Source of the DNA: an uncultured Methanosarcinales archaeon
GTDB taxonomy: Archaea; Halobacteriota; Methanosarcinia; Methanotrichales; Methanotrichaceae
DNA: 64,000 nt
Assembly: GCA_963843555.1 (NCBI GenBank)
Contig: CAWJKV010000005.1
Span: 64,001-128,000, forward strand
Direction of reading: 5' to 3'
A model generated the notes under the pieces. That model saw nothing but the letters and a program-made list of their open reading frames with translations, was not told the DNA's origin and made no database searches. Made by a program: the position numbers and the translations under genes. Below, one piece after another: positions 55,184-64,000 of the stretch. Every line of letters starts with the position of its first letter. Position 1 is the first letter of the stretch.

Positions 55184-56401
55184 ATGAAAAGATGTCTGAT
55201 TACGTTAATGATAATATTTGTTCTAACAGCATGCCAGGCAATGGCCACTGTTGAGGACCCGGCCGAAGAAATAGATGATGTATCGGGCAATACCTGTGCT
55301 GGCAACACCTGTGCTGGACCCTCCACACCATCTCTGCCGACATATTTGCCCAGTCCATGTTCCGGGGATTCGGGTTCACTTTCCGTGAGCGTAAGCCTTA
55401 CTGGACCCGAATCAGAGCCTGATAAATCATACACGACCCAGGGCAAACCACTGAGTTTCATAGTCACCATAAGCAACAATGGCAAAACAGAGGCCGATGC
55501 TGAGGTGAATGTCAAGCCAGAGGGTTCGCCATTGGAATGGTTCAGCTGGACGACAACATCCATAAAGATCCCGGCGGGAGCCTCTCGATCCCAGAACCTG
55601 GAAGTCCAGCCGGATATGAATGCAGTAGCTGGAGTGTACAAGTTTTCCGTCCAGGCCTCTGCCAAATGCCGCAACTCGGCTGAATGTCTGGCCCAATTCA
55701 AGGTGCAGGCATTCGACTATGCATCAGAGACCGCCATCAGTGGTTCCGGTCAGTTCCAGATCAATAAGGATCTTCGCTCGATGAACTCAGGGATAAAGTC
55801 CACCAAAAATGTGATATTCAGCGGCACTGTGGATGCTATTGTAAAGAATGAATACCTGGTGGACGAGGCAAAGGGCAAAAATGCCAACTTCCAGGAACAG
55901 GACGCCGTTGACAACTACAACGCCGTTGCCAGTGGAGATGCACTTGTGGGAACAGAGAGCTTCAAGAGCTCCGCGGTCTTCGGAGGAGTGGGTGCTAAAG
56001 TAAGGGAGAGCTACGATGTGCAGCAGATGGAATTCAAGAGCCAGGACTTCACACTTCATCAGACTGGATCCTTAAAGAAGTCCGCGGAGTTCCAGACGGC
56101 GAACAACTTCACAGGATACTATCTGATAGACGCCAAGCAGACAATTCCCGGCCAGAAGAGCCTGAAAGAGCTTGAGGAGTATTTCGGCTCCTTTGAGATC
56201 AATAGGAGAATACTCTTCCGGAACGATGCCGAATCCACGACTCCATGCCAGGAGGGAGATTGCCTGAAAACACCTGGTGTAAAAAGCCCAAGCAGTCCTG
56301 CCTTCACCAGTCCCTGTTTGAGCGGCTCATGCAATGACTTCGTAAATAGGCTGAATACTTTCGACCAAGCCACCAGTATGAGCCCTTTCTTTTTTTCCTG
56401 A
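55184..56401 (+). CDS. Secreted protein: Ig-like domain plus family domain, Cys-rich ends
   Basis: Signal peptide, VTISNNG..IPAGAS..AGVYKFSVQA Ig-like segment; ETAISGSG and EYFGSFEINRRI motifs. Confidence 0.85.
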   Translation: MKRCLITLMIIFVLTACQAMATVEDPAEEIDDVSGNTCAGNTCAGPSTPSLPTYLPSPCSGDSGSLSVSVSLTGPESEPDKSYTTQGKPLSFIVTISNNGKTEADAEVNVKPEGSPLEWFSWTTTSIKIPAGASRSQNLEVQPDMNAVAGVYKFSVQASAKCRNSAECLAQFKVQAFDYASETAISGSGQFQINKDLRSMNSGIKSTKNVIFSGTVDAIVKNEYLVDEAKGKNANFQEQDAVDNYNAVASGDALVGTESFKSSAVFGGVGAKVRESYDVQQMEFKSQDFTLHQTGSLKKSAEFQTANNFTGYYLIDAKQTIPGQKSLKELEEYFGSFEINRRILFRNDAESTTPCQEGDCLKTPGVKSPSSPAFTSPCLSGSCNDFVNRLNTFDQATSMSPFFFS

Positions 56402-56613
56402 ATTACGCACTATTCTTTCTATTTGAAAGTAAATCCACAATATAAATGGCAGCCAAAACCTTGAAATAGACTCCAGAGAACTAGATAACGGGTGTTAGGG
56501 TTCATCAGGAGAGTAATGGCCGTACATAAAGGTTACCGGCCCTGATTATTGTCAGAGGCCAAAGCGACCCCATAAATTTCCGGGGGCATCCGGCCAAAAG
56601 GAGGTAGTGTGGA

Positions 56614-57324
56614 TTGAAGAGAAAATTGATCGTTCTTGCGATTATCGCCATAGCTCTGGTGGGCATGGCGGGGGCTGCCAATTACATGTACGAGAAATCG
56701 TCTGTAAAAGGAGTAGGTTATCGGAGCCTGGAGATGGTTATCTCCACACAAAACGGCTTCAATGGACAGAAGCTGGTGGAGAAGCAGTCCGGTTCGGGAA
56801 ATGTAATTACTTCCAGGATAGAACTGGAAGCTGAGAGGCAGCCAACGAATCTGGATTGTCCCTGGCCGACCGGCAGCACTCCCATGGACTACATAAACTT
56901 CACCTCGGAACAGGAGCTGGAGTATATGCCCGTCTCATATCAGACCGGCACCTATGATCAGAAATGGGTGGACAAGCTCTGTGTGCAGAACTACAAGATC
57001 GGCGCCGTTCTGACTGAGATGTACACTCATGCTGAGCACCTGCAGAAGACCACCGAGGTCAAGACGAGAGGATACAATGGTCCCGTGACGAACTGCTGCA
57101 CAGGTGTTCTCGAGGCTAACCTCAACAGCAACGTAATCGGCGTGGCCCACATTGGATGGATCTCCCGGGACCCCACCGGCGACCCACAGCTGAAAGGCCG
57201 CCATGCTGAATATGGCCGCAGTGTCGAAGACCTCACCGGTGTCTTCTCCATTGAGAAGTTCATCCAGCTCTGGGGCAACTCCACCTGTGGAGCCGTCAGC
57301 GTTGATTGGCTGCCCTGTGTGTAA
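56614..57324 (+). CDS. Secreted Cys-rich hypothetical protein, paralog 3
   Basis: TTG start after GGAGGT; C-terminal half nearly identical to paralogs 1 and 2; 6 Cys. Confidence 0.88.
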   Translation: MKRKLIVLAIIAIALVGMAGAANYMYEKSSVKGVGYRSLEMVISTQNGFNGQKLVEKQSGSGNVITSRIELEAERQPTNLDCPWPTGSTPMDYINFTSEQELEYMPVSYQTGTYDQKWVDKLCVQNYKIGAVLTEMYTHAEHLQKTTEVKTRGYNGPVTNCCTGVLEANLNSNVIGVAHIGWISRDPTGDPQLKGRHAEYGRSVEDLTGVFSIEKFIQLWGNSTCGAVSVDWLPCV

Positions 57325-57349
57325 ATACCTGAAGTGGAATAACAGAGAA

Positions 57350-57390
57350 GCGCCGCAGCAAAATTCGGCGCCAATCTTTTCTTTTTTTGA
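57350..57390 (+). terminator. Hairpin plus T-tract after paralog 3
   Basis: GCGCCG...CGGCGC followed by TCTTTTCTTTTTTTG. Confidence 0.55.
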
Positions 57391-57656
57391 CTGCAGTTCT
57401 CGGGACTATTTTCGCCAATTTGGTCCAAAGACCACCTTCGTCTTGTACCGGTTACACTCACGATATCTCGTCCGGTTTGAAAGCCTTTGCATTTGGAATT
57501 CAAACTGGAGATCGTCCTTCAGGGGATTTTACTCCGAGGATCATACCCTATCACTCTGAAGCTTCAATACAATCGAGGTGTCTCATATTCTCCGGCATCA
57601 AGCGATTTAGAAAGAAAAGAAAAAAGAATCCGAAGATCGCTGAACCAATCCTTCGA

Positions 57657-58193
57657 TTATTTGATTTTTACTTTTTCTGCAGCTTTTGCACCCTCAGCCA
57701 GTTCTGCGCCAAGAGCTACCAGCGCCCCTGGCTGTATGAAACCTTCCGCCAGAACTACTCCATCTTGTTTTAGAACTAGCTCTTTCAATTTCTTGGCCCA
57801 AAGGTGCTCAACAAGCAAAAAGCCGGCCGCTGTACCTTTGGGGATGTCCTTCGCAATTTCCATTATCTTTTCCTGGCTAAGCCCGAATTCCTTCTGAGCT
57901 ACCCTCTCAGCGCCTGCCTTTGCTCCTGCCATAGCACCCTCTTTGCCAGCCGCGCCAAGGCCGATAAGTGCTCCTATTCCTGCACCTAATTTCATCCTAT
58001 CTTCGTCGGAAAGTTCGGTAATTTGAGCAGCCGCAATGTCTCCCTTTGCATCCTTCAGGATCGCCAAGAGTCCTATAACTCTTATGATCTTAGCTTCACT
58101 GAGCCTAAATATCTCTGTGAGAACATCGCCTTTCATCTTATTCACATCTGGGAATCCCAGCGCGATTATCTGTATCGGACCAAATTCAACCAA
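57657..58193 (-). CDS. DUF1269/DUF6325-like protein
   Basis: FGPIQIIALGF, GAGIGALIG glycine zipper, IPKGTAAGFLLVEHLWA. Confidence 0.7.
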   Translation of the reverse strand: MVEFGPIQIIALGFPDVNKMKGDVLTEIFRLSEAKIIRVIGLLAILKDAKGDIAAAQITELSDEDRMKLGAGIGALIGLGAAGKEGAMAGAKAGAERVAQKEFGLSQEKIMEIAKDIPKGTAAGFLLVEHLWAKKLKELVLKQDGVVLAEGFIQPGALVALGAELAEGAKAAEKVKIK

Positions 58194-58489
58194 TTAGACT
58201 CCTCCTGGTCTTGATATCCCCATTTTCAATGGTCAGGATATGTTTACAAGTACCATTATATATAGGTTCTTGAAGTGCGCTCAAATTCATCAGAAGTGGG
58301 AGGGAATTCAATTCAGCCCCAGCAACTCCGTTCCGTTTGAAAATGAGATCCAGTAGGCAAGGATACGATCTCTCAATTGCATTCTGCTTGCATGGTCTCA
58401 GCCCGGCGAACGCAGGCTGCAAGATGGGCGGACAGCAATCCAGGGATGCCAGGCAAAGAGATATATCGGAAGAAGCAAATTATAAATCG

Positions 58490-59242
58490 ATGAAAAGACT
58501 GACTGCCTTTGTCTCAGGAACGGTCCAGAAGACCGGCTACCGTGCAAAGGTAGTAAATCTGGCGAATTTTCTGGGACTTATGGGATTTGTGCAGAACCTT
58601 CCCGACGGCAGAGTGAAGGTTGTGGCGGAAGGTGATGATTCTATCCTAGAGCGTTTCCTCAATGATTTAAGGATCAAAGATCCTCTGATCGATGTGCAGG
58701 ACATCGAAAGTAATTACACTTCTGCCAGGGGTGACTTCATAAGATTTGAAAAGATGGTCGCCAATGGTGAAACGGATCAACGCCTGGACAAAGCAGCAGA
58801 ACTGCTCGGTGATCTAATCGTTGTCAACAAGCAGATTGTGGCCCAATTAATAATAAATAATGAGGAGACCAAGGGCGTCCGGGAAGAGGTCAGAGGCTCT
58901 CGCGAAGACATCCGAGCGGTTCATGAAGAAGTTAAAGGTGTTCGAGAAGAGGTCAGAGGCTCTCGCGAAGACATCCGAGCGGTTCATGAAGAGGTTAAAG
59001 GTGTTCGAGAAGAGATCAAAGGCTCTCGCGAAGATACAAACAAAGTCCGTGAATCCATCCAGGATGCTAGCCAGGAGATCACTTCCTCCTGTGAGATAAT
59101 CGCAGAGAAGATAGATGATGCCAGAGAAGAGATTGCAGATAGTGTTAAAGAGCTTCATTCTGATTTAAAAGATGATCTAAAAGAGAGATTGGTCCGAATG
59201 GAGGCAGATGTCTCGCAGATAAAAGCCAGGATCGGCCTGTAA
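58490..59242 (+). CDS. Acylphosphatase with long C-terminal coiled-coil
   Basis: VSGTVQKTGYR, GFVQNLPDGRVKVVAEG, then a heptad-rich tail. Confidence 0.85.
   Translation: MKRLTAFVSGTVQKTGYRAKVVNLANFLGLMGFVQNLPDGRVKVVAEGDDSILERFLNDLRIKDPLIDVQDIESNYTSARGDFIRFEKMVANGETDQRLDKAAELLGDLIVVNKQIVAQLIINNEETKGVREEVRGSREDIRAVHEEVKGVREEVRGSREDIRAVHEEVKGVREEIKGSREDTNKVRESIQDASQEITSSCEIIAEKIDDAREEIADSVKELHSDLKDDLKERLVRMEADVSQIKARIGL
58871..59034 (+). repeat. 63-bp tandem repeat (~2.6 copies; 21 aa = 3 heptads)
   Basis: KGVREEVRGSREDIRAVHEEV repeated; GAAGAGGTCAGAGGCTCTCGCGAAGACATCCGAGCGGTTCATGAAGA is duplicated exactly. Confidence 0.9.
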
Positions 59243-59536
59243 AGAAATCCACAAATCAACCCCCCCATTTCCTTCTATTCTGTGCAGTCCTAATTCCCAA
59301 AAAAATCAAGGTTATATAAAATATAAAACAATAATGAGAACGATGCGGGGAGAGTGAAGTCGAGGCCCTGTGCAGAATATTGCGCTCTCCAACACATCCG
59401 TCTTCGGACATGATTCCTGCAGAATCTCCAATCGTTTCAGCATCCGCCCCGCCGCCATGCACCTCTCCGCCCAGGAGACATCGACTGCCATCTACCCCCG
59501 GTCCAAAACGTCGATCTGAATCATAACTTCTACCAG

Positions 59537-59996
59537 AGCTCGACTTTCAACCGCAAACTACAAGTATCCATAACGACTAAATAGGTAGTTTGCCGCTTCA
59601 TGCAAAGGGCGGCGGGCGTGTCGTGGGCCTAACGTATGCCGATAATGCTCTGTTCGGCAAGGCTGATTCAATCGCTGTCCCTCCGAGGGGCAGTTTGCGG
59701 TCGCTTATAAGATCAGATCGCTTCCTTGTTCCAGGAGATGCATGCCGTCGTGGTACTGCATTCGGCTACGAGCCTGTGAGACTTGAACTTCGGCAGCCAA
59801 AAAAAAGTTGCGCACGGTAACAGGTGCAGCAATCTGCCGAAAGGATCTCGCGCTAATACACGACCGGGGCATGAAGCGGCACAAAGCCAAAGGCGAGAGG
59901 CGAGCATGAGGCCCAGTGAGTTCGGGTTCCCGTGAAACGGACGCTGTGTCAAATTCCAGCGCTGTGTCGCCTCCAAGCCCAGATTAAAGTCGAGCT
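59537..59996 (+). ncRNA. Candidate large structured non-coding RNA (unassigned)
   Basis: Helices 59537-47/59986-96 (11 bp), 59591-603/59869-81 (13 bp), 59620-25/59859-64, 59897-903/59967-73 plus local hairpins; no credible ORF; strand tentative. Confidence 0.55.
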
Positions 59997-60657
59997 TCGG
60001 GCAGGCCAGGTCATCACTTCTGTGATTGGCTCCTCCTAAAAGGGCGCTGTGGATTTCGGCGCTGGCCCGCCCGGGAATCGATTATGCAGTTTTTCTATTC
60101 TTCCCTCCCAGATGGTGGTTTTATACTCTTGATTCTTCCTAATCGAAAGCCTTAAATATCGGCAATCGACGTATAGTATATTGGCGAAAGTCAATGGCTA
60201 ATTTTCTCCCTCCTACACCCAGAAGACTTTTGCCTCCCTCCTTCTTATGCATAAATGCTTTCAGGTGATGCACTATTACTCAGGAGACAAAAAATTATTA
60301 ATTTCTATCCCGTCTTGAAATCGGAATCCTTTACCTTCAGTCCTCCTCTTTCAGCCTGCAGGTCGCAGGGATCGCCTCGTGCCTTCATCACCTCTACTTT
60401 TCGTCCATCCAATTCAGTCTCGGCTGAGTCTTCTGATCTTTTTTCAGTCAATTCATTCACCTCAATCAGAAAGGAAATTCGCACCTGATGATGATTATTA
60501 AGGAATCCATATTGATAAAGTATTGCCTTAACAAGACAAATTTATTTAAGATTATCCAGAAAGCCAGCGAGACAGATTATGACCCGTGAGCACGTCTTTC
60601 ATTACAGAATCAGCGGCTTATGTGGACTGATAGAGATGTTGCCTGTCACCATAATGG

Positions 60658-63003
60658 CTAATTGTAAGATCCCAGGACAGTTCGCAACTCTTCAAGATTC
60701 ACCGGTTTGGTTATGTAATCGTTCATGCCTGATGCGATGCATTTCTCCCGATCGCCTTGCATAGCATAGGCAGTGATGGCGATGATCTTAGGCCATTCAG
60801 GCGACTTTTCACGGATCTTCCTGGCGGCATCCAGCCCGTCCATCTCAGGCATCTGGATGTCCATGAGAACTACATCATAGGGCTGACGTTCCAGGGCGGC
60901 CAAGACCTCCAGCCCATTGGCGGCGACATCTGCACGATAGTTCAGCTTATTGAGCATCTTCAAGATTACCTTCTGGTTGATAATATTGTCCTCCGCGACC
61001 AATATGCGCAGAGCACGATCATGATCTGTTTGCATCTTGGTGTCTATCAACGGGGCCGGTTCTCTGCTTGTCACAGGCTGGAAGGAAGATTCCTTCGCCA
61101 GTATCGTAAAATGGAATACTGAACCTTTGCCTGGCTCGGATTCAGCCCAAATTCTGCCGCCCATCAGCCCAACAAGCCTCTTGCTTATGGCGAGACCAAG
61201 GCCAGTGCCGCCGTATCTGCGCGTAGTTGAGGGTTCAACCTGGCTGAAAGATTGGAATAGGTGGCTCATCTTATCCGCAGGGATTCCAATTCCTGTGTCC
61301 CTAACTGCGAAGTGGATCTCATAGTTGTCTCCTTCGAGATTCTTGCTCGAAACCGAGATATTCACCTCGCCTGAATGCGTGAATTTAACCGCATTGCTGA
61401 GCAGATTGGCCAGGACTTGGCGTAATCTTGTTGGGTCGCATATGATCGTTTTTGGAGTGTTGTTATCTATGTCGTAGGCAATTGTCAAGCCTTTTTCAGA
61501 CGCATTCGAAGCTACCAGATCAATGGCGTCCTCTATGCTGCCTTTAATATCAAAGGACTGTATCTCCAATTCCATCTTGCCATTATCAATCTTTGAAAAG
61601 TCCAGAATATCGTTGATAATCGATAACAGGGCGTCACCACTGATTCGGATGGTCTCGACATAATCGAGCTGCTCACGAGTCAGATCGGTTCTGAGTAGAA
61701 GACCTGTCAGGCCTATGACCGCGTTCATGGGAGTTCGTATCTCGTGGCTCATGTTGGCCAGAAACTCGGATTTGGCAATCGTTGCGGCCTCTGCAGCTTC
61801 CTTGGACTTCCGTAGATCCTCCTCTATACGTTTGCGATCCTGGATCTCGTTTTGCAGCTCTATATTGGTCGCTTCGAGCTGTGCTGTGCGTTCAATGACC
61901 CGGTCTTCGAGATCCTCATTTAGCTTTCTGACCTCCCTTTCAGCTCGTTTGGATGCCTCGTATAGACTTTCGTTCTCTTTAAGAGCCACGATTTGGCGGA
62001 TGATGATCAAACCGATGATGCCTCCCACACCCCACGATAGATGAAGGGTGCTCACCGGAAGTGGGTGATCATAGCTCCAGAGGAGAAGGATGTAAGCTGC
62101 TCCTGCGCAAATATATGGCAGATAATGAGGTTTCATGAACTGAAAAATATCAATTTCAAGATAACGAGAAGAGGATGAGTCCGTAAGAGTGGATGTTGGA
62201 GAAGAGGACCCGGGTTTCAGGGAATTGGCCTGCAGTACACCTGCGAGTCCGACCAACGAATAGGCAATGATCCAACCCGTATCCAAAAGGCCTCCCGGAT
62301 CATAAGTACCCTGCAAAGATTGGCTCGTATAAGGGATATCCGTTCCAATAAACATAGCCGTTCCCATAACCAAAAGCATTAGTGGGCCCATCCGCCGGGA
62401 TTTGACCCTCCGGAACAGCAGCTCTATCAGAGCAAAGAACAGCATTAGATCCATAACCGTATAAGCTACAGAGAGAGTTTGAATAAGGATGTCTGAGCCT
62501 GCGTTGTATTCAATAGTCGGCGCGATCAACAAGGCCCAAAATAGCATGACTGAGGCAATCACCACTATTCCCTCATCCAGCATGACCTTTAGCCTCTCGC
62601 TGGAGGTCAAAGAAATGCTTGGCAAGAGAAGAATACCTATGATGAAAAGAGGATACTGCATCAGATACGGTACATCGGCCAGGGAGGGGAAGGGAGACTG
62701 ATGCAGTATAAGTTCGTAGAACGTCCAGATAATATCGCCAATAGCATGACTGATCATGGCCAAAGCCAAAACAGCCCAGGCCAATTGGACCTCTCTTCTG
62801 CAAATGGCAGACCTTTGGGCTGCAGAGAACAGAGCAAGAACAGCCAGCATATCGACCAAAATACATAGCAAATCATTCGCCGCGGTTCGAAGCTCGCCGC
62901 TCAAGAGGATGCTAAAGGCTATCGAGCTGAGGGTAAGGAAGGCTGCCAGTAACAGAGCCGTGCGGAAAGAGATAATCGGTATTGTGTATCGATCGGCGGT
63001 CAT
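60658..63003 (-). CDS. Membrane hybrid sensor histidine kinase (multi-TM input, HisKA, HATPase, REC)
   Basis: [51 protein letters not shown]. Confidence 0.95.
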   Translation of the reverse strand: MTADRYTIPIISFRTALLLAAFLTLSSIAFSILLSGELRTAANDLLCILVDMLAVLALFSAAQRSAICRREVQLAWAVLALAMISHAIGDIIWTFYELILHQSPFPSLADVPYLMQYPLFIIGILLLPSISLTSSERLKVMLDEGIVVIASVMLFWALLIAPTIEYNAGSDILIQTLSVAYTVMDLMLFFALIELLFRRVKSRRMGPLMLLVMGTAMFIGTDIPYTSQSLQGTYDPGGLLDTGWIIAYSLVGLAGVLQANSLKPGSSSPTSTLTDSSSSRYLEIDIFQFMKPHYLPYICAGAAYILLLWSYDHPLPVSTLHLSWGVGGIIGLIIIRQIVALKENESLYEASKRAEREVRKLNEDLEDRVIERTAQLEATNIELQNEIQDRKRIEEDLRKSKEAAEAATIAKSEFLANMSHEIRTPMNAVIGLTGLLLRTDLTREQLDYVETIRISGDALLSIINDILDFSKIDNGKMELEIQSFDIKGSIEDAIDLVASNASEKGLTIAYDIDNNTPKTIICDPTRLRQVLANLLSNAVKFTHSGEVNISVSSKNLEGDNYEIHFAVRDTGIGIPADKMSHLFQSFSQVEPSTTRRYGGTGLGLAISKRLVGLMGGRIWAESEPGKGSVFHFTILAKESSFQPVTSREPAPLIDTKMQTDHDRALRILVAEDNIINQKVILKMLNKLNYRADVAANGLEVLAALERQPYDVVLMDIQMPEMDGLDAARKIREKSPEWPKIIAITAYAMQGDREKCIASGMNDYITKPVNLEELRTVLGSYN

Positions 63004-63451
63004 CTGCGGAAGCCTTTAATTTTTTGCCGCTCTCCTATCGTATGCCTGAAAAGCAATGGCGAAACTATTTTCAAATATCGTCCTATATCCTTTTTCTAAT
63101 ATTGAGCTATGATCGATGATAAGATGAACTCCATCTTCCAACGGGGATAAAAAGCTTGCGTCAAGCTGGCAAAAGCTTTCCGAGATCGTCATTCGCAAGT
63201 TCGATTGCACTGACGATTGAACACTGCTTTGATTAGCTTATGAGGGCATAGGCTACGCCCTATCGCGAAGCACATCATTTCATCGACGATGACGAGCGCT
63301 GGCGGCAGTCCTTTGAGGACGCATCCCTTCTTACAGCGCAAGGCCTTTCAGGGGTGCACTCCAATTCATGAGCGTTGAATAATCAGAAAAACTTAACTAT
63401 AATGATATGAAATAAAGATTAGAGTTCAAAAGGGGATTCAAGGGATTTAAA

Positions 63452-64000
63452 TGAAGGCGAGGAATAATTCGGATTCTTTTAGCGTGCTCTTTGTTGATAG
63501 TGGTATTTATCTGCTCAGGTCAGGCCATCACCACCAAAGATCTTTTGTTCGCAGGAAATGATCAAAGCTCAGAACCTATCAAGTCTGTGGCGGCAAATGC
63601 CCTGAACCAGGCGCCTTCTGCCAAGAGTCTGACGCCGGATCAAGAAGGTCCGATAACAGCAGGCTCTACAGTCATTTGGACGGGAAATGCTTACGATCCG
63701 GATGGAGATAAGCTGTTTTATCAGTTCTGGTTGAATGGACCGATGACAGGAAACACCTGGCAACCTATGACCGGCTGGAGCGAGGATAACACATGGAACT
63801 GGACCACCAGCTCCATCGATGACGGCATAAATATCATAGATATGCGCGTCAAGGATGGACGCCATGCGCCAGCTGGAGGACATGATAGTCATATCAGTGC
63901 TGAATATGTTGTTATCAACTCGATGGGTATTGGAGGCAGCCCAGGAATAAACTCCAAGCCAACTATCCTGAGCCTCAAATCGGATAGACAGAGCCCTCAA
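63452..64000 (+). CDS. Secreted Ig-like repeat protein (5' frameshift; runs off the window)
   Basis: Open frame: signal-like ILLACSLLIVVFICSGQA, NQAPSAKSLTPD..AGSTVIWTGNAYDPDGDKLFYQFWL..WNWTT..VKDG, then a second unit NSKPTILSLKSDRQSPQ. Confidence 0.7.

Noticed and set aside
51968..57324. DGR or CRISPR-like explanation for the paralog repeats
   Set aside because: Whole-gene duplicates with indels; no RT and no repeat-spacer periodicity
59537..59996. RNase P RNA, SRP RNA or rRNA fragment
   Set aside because: Diagnostic conserved motifs not found by eye on either strand; left as unassigned. A MITE with short terminal repeats remains possible
51308..64000. Integrative island at tRNA-Glu
   Set aside because: No integrase and no duplicated tRNA 3' end seen within the window
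63569..64000. Minus-strand 143-aa ORF
   Set aside because: The plus-strand frame encodes a convincing Ig-like repeat protein

Overview
Archaeal chromosomal segment, almost certainly from an acetoclastic methanogen of the Methanothrix (Methanosaeta) type. This is inferred from gene content: fae-hps, F420H2:NADP+ oxidoreductase, tandem-domain S-layer protein with PGF-CTERM, CetZ, NrpR and amt-glnK pairs. Most of the window is housekeeping: trm1, thiC, nadC/nadX, valS, tsr3, ribBA, cca, thpR, ilvD, rps6e, tRNA-Gln and tRNA-Glu. About 15 genes, some essential, are broken by 1-nt indels, which looks like long-read assembly error rather than real decay. The most interesting parts are: (1) an ORF-free ~460-nt element at 59537-59996 with many nested long-range helices, a candidate large ncRNA; (2) five co-oriented secreted Cys-rich genes sharing a beta-rich domain after tRNA-Glu, candidate sheath/filament subunits with a variable loop; (3) two secreted rhodanese-fold proteins that lack the canonical catalytic Cys but carry several CxxC motifs, next to a Trx-CcdA fusion; (4) a second structured element at 16776-17019; (5) a shared palindrome upstream of both amt-glnK operons. 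All calls come from motif recognition by eye; no database searches were run.
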